Positions 38,907-48,122 are shown, numbered from the stretch's first letter. The stretch is DNA of 64,000 nt from Candidatus Aminicenantes bacterium (GCA_963827565.1 CAWHBG010000003.1:867543-931542), one strand, 5' to 3'. Translations and numbers: made by a program. Notes: generated from the letters alone by a model not told the origin.

Positions 38907-39981
38907 TTTTATAAAATTTTTTGACAAAGCAACCTTCGTGGTACTGATGCTGATCATAATTACAGGTGCAGTACTTGTTTTTAGTGCCACAAATGAAGAG
39001 AAACAATAATTATTTTACTATGCATCTTATTAAAATAGTAATCTCATTGATACCTTTTCTCTGTTGTATTTATGGTTAAACTTGAGACTATAAGCAGGTG
39101 GAGTTTTACCCTTTATATAATCCTGATTATAATTTTGATCCTCCAGCTCTTTACGGGAAAAATAATTTCAGGTACACGAAGTTGGATAAAAATGGGTGTC
39201 CTCTCTGTTCAGAGTATCGGAATTCATCAAGATACCTCTTGCACTTTTTCTGGCAAAATATCTGTCCGGAATTCAAACCCTTAATTGGAGAGAGTTTTCC
39301 AAAGTAGCTGCCCTTATAATGATTCCATTTGTTCTTATTGCAATGCAGCCGGACTAGGGACAGCATTTATTCTGCTTTCTTTTTTTGTACTTGCAATTCT
39401 TCTGAAAAAGATAAGAACCGGTCGATTGTGATAATTTCAATTATTATTATCGCAGCCGGATCATTCCTTATGTGGAATTACATGCTCAAGCCTTACCAGA
39501 AGGACCGGATAATTTCATTTGCAAATCCGGCAAAGTATAGTCAATCATCCGGTTACCAGATTATTCAGTCTAAAAATAGCTTTCGGTTCCGGTGGTTTAA
39601 CAGGGAAAGGGTATCTGAAAGGGTCCCAATCCAAATATAAGCTTCTTGCCCACCAGACATACAGATTTTATTGCGTCTGTCCTTGGAGAAGAGTTCGGTT
39701 TTTTGGGAATAACATTCCTGCTTCTCCTATTCTTTATCCTTTTTTTCAGACAGTTTAATTTTAGATAGAGTTCAGGAGAGGAATTTTATTTCATTTATCT
39801 ATTTACAGGACTTATTTTTTTTCAGTTCCTTGTCAATATACTGATGGTCACCGGGCTGTTTCCTGTTCTTGGGGTTCCCCTGCCCTTTGTTTCATATGGC
39901 GGTTCATCCATGCTTGCTTTTTCTATCGGCGAGGGTATTATATTCAAAATGAAGGTTGAGAACTTTCTGCAGCAGAAATGA
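38899..39981 (+). pseudogene. rodA: SEDS protein RodA, heavily frame-disrupted (at least five shifts/stops)
   Basis: RodA-type peptides appear in all three frames: SDFIKFFDKATFVVLMLIIITGAVLVFSAT; GTRSWIKMGVLSVQ; EFIKIPLALFLAKYLSG; MQPD/GTAFILLSFFVLAIL; YQKDRIISFANP; AFGSGGLTGKGYLKGSQSKYK; DFIASVLGEEFGFLGITFLL; LVNILMVTGLFPVLGVPLPFVSYGGSSMLAF. TTG start overlaps the mrdA stop, and TGA at 39979-39981 overlaps the next ATG. Confidence 0.8.
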
Positions 39982-42396
39982 AGCGTAAAAATATGAAAAG
40001 GGAAACAATCGAAGAATTTATTCTTAAATTAAAAAATCCGCAAGATATATTCCGGAAAAGAGATAAATGTTGTAAAGGGACCATTCCGAGAATGACAACA
40101 TAAACATATGTCTTGGTGTTTCCCGATACTTATGAGATAGGGATGAGTCACCAGGGGATGAAGATCCTTTATCATCTTCTGTCAGGGATAAAAGATGTTA
40201 ATGTTGAGAGGTCCTTCCTGCCGGACAAAGAATCAATCAGAATATTTAAAATGGAAAGGGTTGAATTGTTTTCCCTTGAGACAAAAACACCTCTGAGATT
40301 TTTTGACCTTATCGGGTTTTCTGTCCTTAGTGAATTGAGTTATACAAATATCCTGCAGGTCCTGGAACTTTCAAATATTCCTCTCTACTCGGTGGAGAGA
40401 GGAACAAAATATCCTGTCATTGCTGCAGGAGGAATCACTGCCGCAGCGAATCCGGAACCAATGAGAGATTTTATAGATCTTATTTGCGATCGGTGATGGT
40501 GAGATAATTTTTCCGGAAATAGTAAGAATTATCAAAGAGGAGAAATCAAAGGGTGAATGGAGTCCGGAAAATTATTTGAATATACCGGGGGTATATGTTC
40601 CGTCTCATTTCAAAGTAGAAAATCAGGGGCGTTTTCTTGTTTCAGACACCGGAGGAAAAAAGATAAGAAAAGTGGTTATGAGCTCACTCGATTCAAAGCC
40701 CTTCCGTGAGGGGATTATTGTACCGATAACTAATGTTATTTTCGACAGGCTTGAGATTGAGATTGCCAGAGGATGCCCTCAGAACTGCCGATTTTGCCAG
40801 GCGAAAGCTTACTATTCACCTTACAGAGTAAAGCTTTCAGCAGATGTTATGAATGAATTATCTGATTCATTGGAAAGGACAGGATTTGAGTCATTCTCCC
40901 TCTCTTCATTGAGCAGTGGTGATCACCCTCTTATTGATGATATTCTTGATAGAATTATTAATGCAAAATGGCCCTGTCTATCAATTTCATTACCCTCATT
41001 GCGTCCTTCAACCTTGACTGGAAATGTACTCAATGCGTTGTCCAGGGGGAGGAAATCAGGAATAACAATAGTTCCCGAAGCAGGTTCTGAAAGGTTAAGA
41101 AAAGTTATAAACAAAGATGTATCAGATGAGGAAATTCTAAAAGCTGTCCGGGCTGCTCTGTCATATGGATGGCAGAAGCTCAAACTATACTTTATGATAG
41201 GACTTCCTACAGAGACAGATGATGATCTGGAAGCATTGATAGAATTGGTAAAAAAAATTCAGAACGAATCCAGGCAACTTAAGAAAAATCTGAAGATACA
41301 TATATCTTTTTCGCCGTTCGTCCCTAAGCCTCATACTGTTTTTCAATGGGCAGGCAGGGATTCTAAAGAGGAGATATTCAGGAAAACAGGGATACTTCTT
41401 AACGGATTAAAAAAGTACAGGAACATTGATCTTGATTTTCACAGGCCCGAGAAAGGTATAATTGAGACCATTCTTTCAAGAGGCGATTCCTCAGTCGGGG
41501 AATTGATCTTCAGGTCATTTAAATCAGGAGAGATTTTTTCTGCATGGGATTCTGAGTTTCATTATGAAGTATGGGAAAACCACGTATCAGATCTCGGCCT
41601 GTGGAAATTCATTGAAAAACTGGATACTGAGGAATTGCTTCCCTGGAATTTCCTGGATTTCAATTTTAAACCCGATTATCTTTCCGGGGAATATGAGAAG
41701 GCTTTAAATGAAAAAACAACACCATCATGTTCAGATATGCTATGCTCTGAATGTCAGGGTTGTGGTTTTGTGTATAAAAAAGATATCCCCCGGGTCCCAA
41801 GGGAGAAGACCGGGGAATTGGCGGAAAAAGGAGTTAAAGAGTTTAATAAAGTCAGGTTGTTTTATGAAAAAAGGGCTGAGTTTTCTTTGTTCTCTCATTT
41901 ATCGATGATGAAATATATTGAGAGGCTCATCCGGAAATCCGGGATCAGCTTCCGTTGTACTGAAGGATTTCATCCAAGGATCAAAATGGCTTCCATTCCT
42001 CCTCTTCCTGTATTTGCTCTGGGGCAGGAGGAAGTAGTTGAATTGTATATTGATGACTCTTTAGGAGAGGATGTAATGCTTGAGCTGTTGAAAAAGGTAT
42101 CAGGAGACTTTCAATTTAAAAGAACCTGGATAGTGAATGAGAGAAGAAATCTTAATAAAGATATCAAGTATATAAATTATCGGATAGAAACGGTCGGAAC
42201 AGATTCTTTCAGGGATGAGATAATTGGGATCTTGATCCCATCCGATGATGCTGAGTTCGGCAAGAATAAACTTGATCTGCAGATAGACTACTCTGAAAAG
42301 GGGGCTGAAAGGTTTGCAAAGATATATAAGGTTATAGATCCGGATAAAAAAAGGACAGGGAATCTGATAAGGAGAAAAATTGTCTTTAAAGATTGA
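39978..42396 (+). pseudogene. radical SAM protein of the TIGR03960 type fused to a TIGR03936/DUF2344-type C-terminal domain; 5' end frame-disrupted
   Basis: ATG at 39978 (ATGA overlap with rodA). Between about 40030 and 40115 the expected ..KSARYI / GKEINVVKGPFRE / NDNINICL / VFPDTYEIGMSHQGMKILY is spread over three frames. One more shift sits at a T-run at about 40483 (DFIDLI|AIGDGEIIFPE). From there the frame is intact to 42396, with ARGCPQNCRFCQA (CxxxCxxC). Confidence 0.75.
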
Positions 42397-43153
42397 AAAT
42401 ATTAGTTCTGACAAGAATGAAAAAGTTAAAAATCTCTTGTCCCGTAAAAATGATCTTTTTATGTTTGAGGGGGGGAAACTGGTCTACGATATTCTGAAGA
42501 ATAAATTTATACCCTCTTTGATGATCATAAATATTGATCATAGGGATAAATTTATAAGTTCCATACCAGTCGAAACTAAAGTATGGCTGGTTTCAGATAA
42601 AGTTATGAAAAAAATATCGTCACTAAAAAGTCTCCCGACGGCAATTTCGGTTTTTGATAAACTGGCACAGAAAAGTGAGATCTTCGGTGAACAAATAATC
42701 TTTGCATTTGATAATATTCAGGACCCGGGTAATCTTGGTTCTCTATTCAGGTGTGCTGCTGCATTCGGGATTACTTCCATTGCTCTTACAGGGGAATGTG
42801 TCAAACTTACAAACACAAAATTTCTAAGGACAGCACAAAATGCCGCTTTCTATATCTCAGTAAAAAAATTTGATTCACTCGAAGATTTTTTGAGAGAATC
42901 TGAGAAAAAGAAATTTAATGTTTATCTGACCTCTTCACATCATCAGGATAAAAAAACCACAATTCAAGAAATCAATCTGCCTGCAATAGTTGTGATCGGG
43001 AATGAAGGGAAAGGCCTGGCAAGCGGATTGTTAAGCAAATATCCTGCTGTTTCCCTTGATCAGACCGACCGTATAGAATCCCTTAATGCAGGAGTGAGCG
43101 GTTGTATTTTAATGAATATTTTATCTGAAAAGTTCAAATTGATTAAATCATGA
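42380..43153 (+). CDS. TrmH/SpoU family RNA 2'-O-methyltransferase
   Basis: 257 aa (TTG start as in the ORF track). SpoU motifs NIQDPGNLGSLFRCAAAFG, VVIGNEGKGL, IESLNAGVSGCILM. Confidence 0.8.
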   Translation: MSLKIENISSDKNEKVKNLLSRKNDLFMFEGGKLVYDILKNKFIPSLMIINIDHRDKFISSIPVETKVWLVSDKVMKKISSLKSLPTAISVFDKLAQKSEIFGEQIIFAFDNIQDPGNLGSLFRCAAAFGITSIALTGECVKLTNTKFLRTAQNAAFYISVKKFDSLEDFLRESEKKKFNVYLTSSHHQDKKTTIQEINLPAIVVIGNEGKGLASGLLSKYPAVSLDQTDRIESLNAGVSGCILMNILSEKFKLIKS

Positions 43154-43163
43154 ATGAGAAGTT

Positions 43164-44183
43164 CTAAAGTTTACGCAAAATAACATCTTTCAGATATATA
43201 TTGTTGAATTCAGACTTTTCTCCTTCTTTTGATCTCCCGTCGCATACGAACCGGGCAGCAAGAGGTTTTCTGTACTTATCTGAAAGACCTTTCAGCAGTC
43301 GTAGTACCTGAAGGACCCTTTCCTGAGATTCGTCAACAGCGATAGGATATGTATCGATCCCAAGCCCTGAATGGAGAGAAAGATAAATATTTCTCTCTAT
43401 GGAAAAATTTCCTGCTTCATATTCATCTGCAAGCTCAAAATCTTCCAGGCACGGAAACATTATTCCGCAAAGTCCTGCCGGGGCCGGGTTTCGATCCCGA
43501 ATGAATCCTGAAATTTTCAAGAATGTATCAGAAGTGGCAGCATCATTAAATGTGCCGTTGATCTTTTTAATAAAGTTGATAAGGCTGCTTTTTCCTGAAT
43601 AGAGGGGTGCAATGGAGGAATCAATTCCGATAAGATCTCTTTCTCTGAACATGTCATAAATGGTGCTCCAGGTTCTCTCCATATTACTGAACCATTCAGA
43701 GGTAGTTGAACATTGATAAGCAAGATCAGTAGGCTGCAGTCCAATTGAAAGACCGGGTTTCAGAAAATTAGAGGAGGGGAAAAAGGGCGAAGAGTGAACA
43801 TTGTTGAATGTGTATGCAAAATTAAAGGTTTTTTCCGGTCTCTCTTTTATTATTTTAAATAAAATATTTATGTCTTCTATCTCGACACTCCCGGATGGCT
43901 CAATATTGAAGGACACATTTTCTGCTTCCAGGAAATATTTCAAACCGGTTTCCGCTTCCTCCCGGTCTATTGTTCCTGCTCCTATAAAAACTGAGGGATC
44001 AAGTTTGAGGGCCCCGGCTTCTTTAAGTGATATACCGGCCGGGCAGACTCTAAGTGTCTGTACACTGAATCCTTCTGACTCGAGCAGTTTTTTATCTTCC
44101 TCAAGATCCCTTATTGTATCCTGTGTGACCTTTTCCTCAAATCGACACACTGTTCTGATAATTTTGTCAGAATTATTTATCAT
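43164..44183 (-). CDS. hypothetical protein (possibly DUF711/UPF0210-like)
   Basis: 339 aa. Only a weak resemblance (N-terminal ..IIRTVCRF.. versus the IRTITxG of DUF711). Needs a profile search. Confidence 0.3.
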   Translation of the reverse strand: MINNSDKIIRTVCRFEEKVTQDTIRDLEEDKKLLESEGFSVQTLRVCPAGISLKEAGALKLDPSVFIGAGTIDREEAETGLKYFLEAENVSFNIEPSGSVEIEDINILFKIIKERPEKTFNFAYTFNNVHSSPFFPSSNFLKPGLSIGLQPTDLAYQCSTTSEWFSNMERTWSTIYDMFRERDLIGIDSSIAPLYSGKSSLINFIKKINGTFNDAATSDTFLKISGFIRDRNPAPAGLCGIMFPCLEDFELADEYEAGNFSIERNIYLSLHSGLGIDTYPIAVDESQERVLQVLRLLKGLSDKYRKPLAARFVCDGRSKEGEKSEFNNIYLKDVILRKL

Positions 44184-44312
44184 AAAAAAATAGTATATGA
44201 AAACCGGCCATATCTCAAGTTTAAAATCGGCTGTTCTTGACTTGACCTACCTTACATGTTAATTCTAACAGACCGGATATCTTCAGAAGTGAGGTGAAAA
44301 GGGGCTTTACAA

Positions 44313-44876
44313 ATGGATATACTTGCCATGATCTTTATTGCAGTGGGTCTCTCTATGGACTCTTTTGCAGTGTCTGTTGTCAACGGTTTCTGTATCGAAA
44401 AGTTGAGAATAAAAAAAATGCTTCTGATAGCAGTTTCATTTATGGTATTTCAGTCCCTGATGCCGGTTCTGGGCTGGTTTGCAGGGAGTACAATTGAGTC
44501 TTATATCAGGAATATTGATCATTGGATCGCTTTCGCCCTCCTTTTATATCTCGGAATAAGAATGGTATACAGCGGCAGCAATAATACTGTTCAAAGGTCC
44601 AGCGGTGATATCAGGTTTCCGGAGATCCTTACCCAGTCATTTGCCACAAGCATTGATGCGCTTGCGGTTGGGCTGAGTCTTGCAGTTCTTAAAGTACACA
44701 TTTTATTGCCTGTTGTGATAATAGGAGTAACAACATTTATCTTTTCTGTAGCTGGGTTAATTATAGGAAAATATTCAGGAAAAAGATTTAAAAGAAGCTC
44801 GGAAATAATCGGCGGGGTTATTTTAATACTTATCGGAGTGAAAATACTGGTTGAGCACCTCTCTTTTCATAATTGA
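44313..44876 (+). CDS. mntP: manganese efflux pump MntP
   Basis: 187 aa. MDILAMIFIAVGLSMDSFAVSV and a second SIDALAVGLSL half-repeat (DUF204 x2), 6 TM. Confidence 0.85.
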   Translation: MDILAMIFIAVGLSMDSFAVSVVNGFCIEKLRIKKMLLIAVSFMVFQSLMPVLGWFAGSTIESYIRNIDHWIAFALLLYLGIRMVYSGSNNTVQRSSGDIRFPEILTQSFATSIDALAVGLSLAVLKVHILLPVVIIGVTTFIFSVAGLIIGKYSGKRFKRSSEIIGGVILILIGVKILVEHLSFHN

Positions 44877-44957
44877 TTTATAATATCTGAAAATACCGGA
44901 CTTATTCTTATAGACAGACACCCGATTCTCAATTAGAATACTTATCTGGAGATTATA

Positions 44958-45485
44958 ATGAAAAATATACTCGTATTTTCGGGAAGCAATAGTTCCAGAT
45001 CAATAAACAGGAAGCTGGCAGAGTATGCCGGATCTCTTATCGGGGAACATTCTATAAAAATAATTGATCTAAGAAAGTTTGATATACCGATTTACAGCGA
45101 AGATTCAGAAAAGGAAGGGTTTCCTTCCGGTATAAAAGAGCTGCATGCAGAAATTTCCGGTCAGGATGGATTGGTGATTTCAGTTCCGGAACATAATGGG
45201 AATCTCCCCGCGTTCTTTAAAAATATTCTTGACTGGCTTTCACGTTTTGAACGTCCGTTCCTGTCGGGGATAAAAATTTTCCTGATGAGCACTTCTCCCG
45301 GAGGGAGAGGAGGGGCATCATCTCTTGAAGCGGCGGCAAAGATACTTCCGAATTTCAAAGGTGAAATAGTATGCACTTTCAGTCTCAGTTTTTTCAAAAA
45401 GAATTTTTCTGAAGGGAAAATAGTTGATAATGGGAAAAAAGAAGAACTTGATAAACTGATAAAAATATTTTTGAACAGCCTTTAG
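44958..45485 (+). CDS. NAD(P)H-dependent FMN reductase family protein
   Basis: 175 aa. ILVFSGSNSSRSINRKLA.., ..VPEHNGNLPAFFKNILDWLSR. Confidence 0.75.
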   Translation: MKNILVFSGSNSSRSINRKLAEYAGSLIGEHSIKIIDLRKFDIPIYSEDSEKEGFPSGIKELHAEISGQDGLVISVPEHNGNLPAFFKNILDWLSRFERPFLSGIKIFLMSTSPGGRGGASSLEAAAKILPNFKGEIVCTFSLSFFKKNFSEGKIVDNGKKEELDKLIKIFLNSL

Positions 45486-45516
45486 TATAACCGGAATAAA
45501 AGAGGATGGAAAAGTT

Positions 45517-46684
45517 ATGATAATAATAGACAAACCTTATATATCAGATCATGTTGTTCAAACCATATTGAAAAACAAATTCAGGGTTCTGAAAAACCAT
45601 GAATCTGAATCTTTATTAAGAGGATATCCTGATTTATTGTTAAATGAAGACGCAGCGATTAAAATTTTCCGAGAGGATCCGGAGCAGAGGATATATACTG
45701 TATCAGAGAACTCTATAGAGTGGGTAGTGAAAAATCTGGGGTTTACAGGACTCCCTGAAAAAATAGATCTGTTTAAAAATAAGGCAAAATTCAGGGATAT
45801 GACCCGAGAGATCTATCCGGACCTGTTCTACAGAGAGGTGTCAACAGATGATCTGAAAAAGATTAATGTTGATGACCTTCCACTGCCGCTTATTCTGAAG
45901 CCGAATGTGGGATTTTTCAGTATGGGAGTTAATAAGATCAATTCCATGGAAGATTGGCGGAAAATAGTTAGCACTGTAGCTGAAGAGCTTGAACGGTTTA
46001 ATAAAATATATCCCGATGAGGTTCTGGATATTAAAACTTTTATTATTGAAGAGTATATTGAGGGTGATGAATATGCTATAGATGCTTATTTTAACGGGGA
46101 TGGAGAACCTGTTATCCTCGGGAATTTTGAAACATGTTTTCTCTTCAAATGATGATGTCGGTGACAGGCTTTATATAACTTCCAGGGATATCATCCTTGA
46201 TAATATTGAGCCTTTTAGTAATTTTTTGAAACAAATAGGCTGCCTTGCCGAATTAAAGAATTTCCCGCTCCATACTGAAGTGAGGATAAGAAATTCAGGT
46301 GAGATCGTTCCGATCGAAATCAACCCTTTAAGGTTCGGAGCATGGTGTACTACTGCTGACACAACCTGGTTCTCATACCAGATGAACCCGTATGAATACT
46401 ATTTCTCAGACAGAGTCCCGGACTGGGAGAAGATACTTGCGGGCAGGGATGGAAAAACTTACAGTATGATAGTCCTTGACAACACTACCGGTGTCAGGTC
46501 TGAAGAGATAGAATATTTTGATCACAATAAACTCCTTAGCAATTTCAGTAATATTATAGAGTTCAGAGAGATCGATTATAAGAAGTACAATGTTTTCGGA
46601 TTTGCTTATACTGAGACAGGTGAGAAAGAGAGATCTGAACTCGAATGGATCTTGAATTCTGATCTGCGGGAATTTATTTCCTGA
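45517..46684 (+). pseudogene. ATP-grasp domain protein, frame-disrupted by one indel near 46116
   Basis: ORFs 45517-46152 and 46082-46684 overlap. ..LILKPNVGFFSMGVNKI..IIEEYIEGDEYAIDAYFNGDGEPVILG, then dropping one A in gggaatttt gives ILKHVFSSNDDVGDRLYITS.., continuous with the second ORF. Confidence 0.6.
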
Positions 46685-46823
46685 TTTGATATAATTTTCT
46701 GGAAATATTAAGTTAGCAGGGAATCATCGTTGTGTTTGTTTTATTCTCGGTTTTGGGAATCCGGTATCTTTTCAGTGAAGTACTCGGTGTATTCTAAACA
46801 TAAGTCAGTTTTTAGGTAATCCA

Positions 46824-46874
46824 AAAAGGGGACAGGTACCTTTGTGTGTAAAAGAAAGGTACCTGTCCCCTTTT
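46824..46874. repeat. inverted REP doublet (perfect 20-bp hairpin)
   Basis: 46824-46843 aaaaggggacaggtaccttt and 46855-46874 aaaggtacctgtcccctttt are exact reverse complements, 11-nt spacer. T4 follows on both strands. Confidence 0.9.
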
Positions 46875-46932
46875 GTTCAATTTGCATTAATTAGTTTGAC
46901 GTGATAATTTAACCCAACTGGAGATTTATATA

Positions 46933-47502
46933 ATGTACCTTTTTTTTGATACTGAGACTACTGGGCTTCCCAGGAATTGGAAAGCTCCTTTAAGCGATTT
47001 GGATAATTGGCCGAGGATGGTCCAGATCGCCTGGATAGTTTTTAATGAGAATGGAGATAAAATAGATTCAAAAAATTATATTATTAAACCTGAAAATTAT
47101 ATTATTCCAACAGAATCATCTGACATTCATGGAATAACTACTGAAAGAGCCCTCTCTGAGGGAGATGACCTGACTTATGTCCTTGCAGTCTTCAGTGATT
47201 ACATAAACAGGGCTGATAAACTAGTGGCTCATAATATGTCTTTTGATGAAAAAATTGTGGGTGCCGAATTCTTGAGAAAAAATATTAAAAACAAACTTTT
47301 CTCAAAAGAGAGAATTTGCACGATGATGAGTTCAAAGGAGTTTTGTGCTATTCCTGGATCTTATGGACTGAAATGGCCGACCTTATCTGAGCTTCACAAG
47401 AAATTATTTGAGAAAGATTTTGAAAATGCCCACGATGCCTATTCTGACATAACAGCCACTGCGGATTGTTTCTGGAAAATGAAAGAATTAAAAATCGTAT
47501 AG
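46933..47502 (+). CDS. DEDDh 3'-5' exonuclease (DnaQ/epsilon-like)
   Basis: 189 aa. ExoI FFDTETTGL, ExoII VAHNMSFDEKI, ExoIII HDAYSDITATADCF. Confidence 0.8.
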   Translation: MYLFFDTETTGLPRNWKAPLSDLDNWPRMVQIAWIVFNENGDKIDSKNYIIKPENYIIPTESSDIHGITTERALSEGDDLTYVLAVFSDYINRADKLVAHNMSFDEKIVGAEFLRKNIKNKLFSKERICTMMSSKEFCAIPGSYGLKWPTLSELHKKLFEKDFENAHDAYSDITATADCFWKMKELKIV

Positions 47503-47511
47503 ACAGAAAAA

Positions 47512-47973
47512 CTATTCACACCCTTTTTTTTCTACAGTATAGATAATTGATGCAATTTTCCATTTGCCTTTGTCCCTGATAAGGCTGAAGGAGTCTACGC
47601 CACAATGACTGAATTTTCCGTCAATATAAAATTTATATTGTGCCCAAACGACGGCAATGTTTTTATGGATCAGAATTTTTGGATTGTTAATAACCTCTTT
47701 ATATTTGCCCTTTGTTTTCGGGAGAGATTCAATCAGGGTTTTATAGTTGGTAAATCTGATACTGAATGATTCACCTTCTTCTCTTATGGAAAAGTTGCTT
47801 CCTTTGACCATCAAAATTTCCTTCGCCAACTCCATATCACCTATTTCCAGTACTTTAAAGAATGTATTTACAATTTCAAGTACCTTTTCCTCTTCCTGTT
47901 TGTCTGCTCCCGAGGTAAAAAACGTCAGTAAAAATATAATGGATACTATTAAAACAGCTTTTAAGTTTTTCAT
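47512..47973 (-). CDS. exported NTF2-like (SnoaL/DUF4440-like) protein
   Basis: 153 aa with a signal peptide. ..CGVDSFSLIRDKGKWKIASIIYT is a typical cone-fold C-terminus. Weak assignment. Confidence 0.4.
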   Translation of the reverse strand: MKNLKAVLIVSIIFLLTFFTSGADKQEEEKVLEIVNTFFKVLEIGDMELAKEILMVKGSNFSIREEGESFSIRFTNYKTLIESLPKTKGKYKEVINNPKILIHKNIAVVWAQYKFYIDGKFSHCGVDSFSLIRDKGKWKIASIIYTVEKKGCE

Positions 47974-48039
47974 TTACTGCTCCTGATGATCTCATCATAG
48001 TCAAACCGGACATTTAATACAATTCTCTCTCACTCACTC

Positions 48040-48122
48040 AAAAGGGGACAGGCACCTTTTCAGTTTAATTCAGAATTTGAATTTCAGAAATTATAAATCA
48101 GATAAGGTACCTGTCCCCTTTT
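48040..48122. repeat. inverted REP doublet with long spacer
   Basis: 48040-48059 aaaaggggacaggcaccttt and 48103-48122 taaggtacctgtcccctttt, 43-nt AT-rich spacer containing ttcagaa twice. Confidence 0.85.

Noticed and set aside
44184-44312. yybP-ykoY manganese riboswitch upstream of mntP
   Set aside because: This was expected from E. coli/B. subtilis precedent. However, the 129-nt leader lacks the conserved GGGGAGTAG / GAGACA-type boxes and the four-way helical pattern as far as I can see. An Infernal scan would be needed to be sure.
16623-48122. Could the recurring 20-mer pairs be a degenerate CRISPR array or a DNA uptake sequence?
   Set aside because: The copies are inverted rather than direct. 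They are scattered over 45 kb with no regular spacing, and no cas genes are present, so this is not CRISPR. A DUS/USS-like uptake signal cannot be formally excluded, since such signals also form terminator pairs. However, the intact RAYT flanked by an inverted copy pair makes REP the better explanation.
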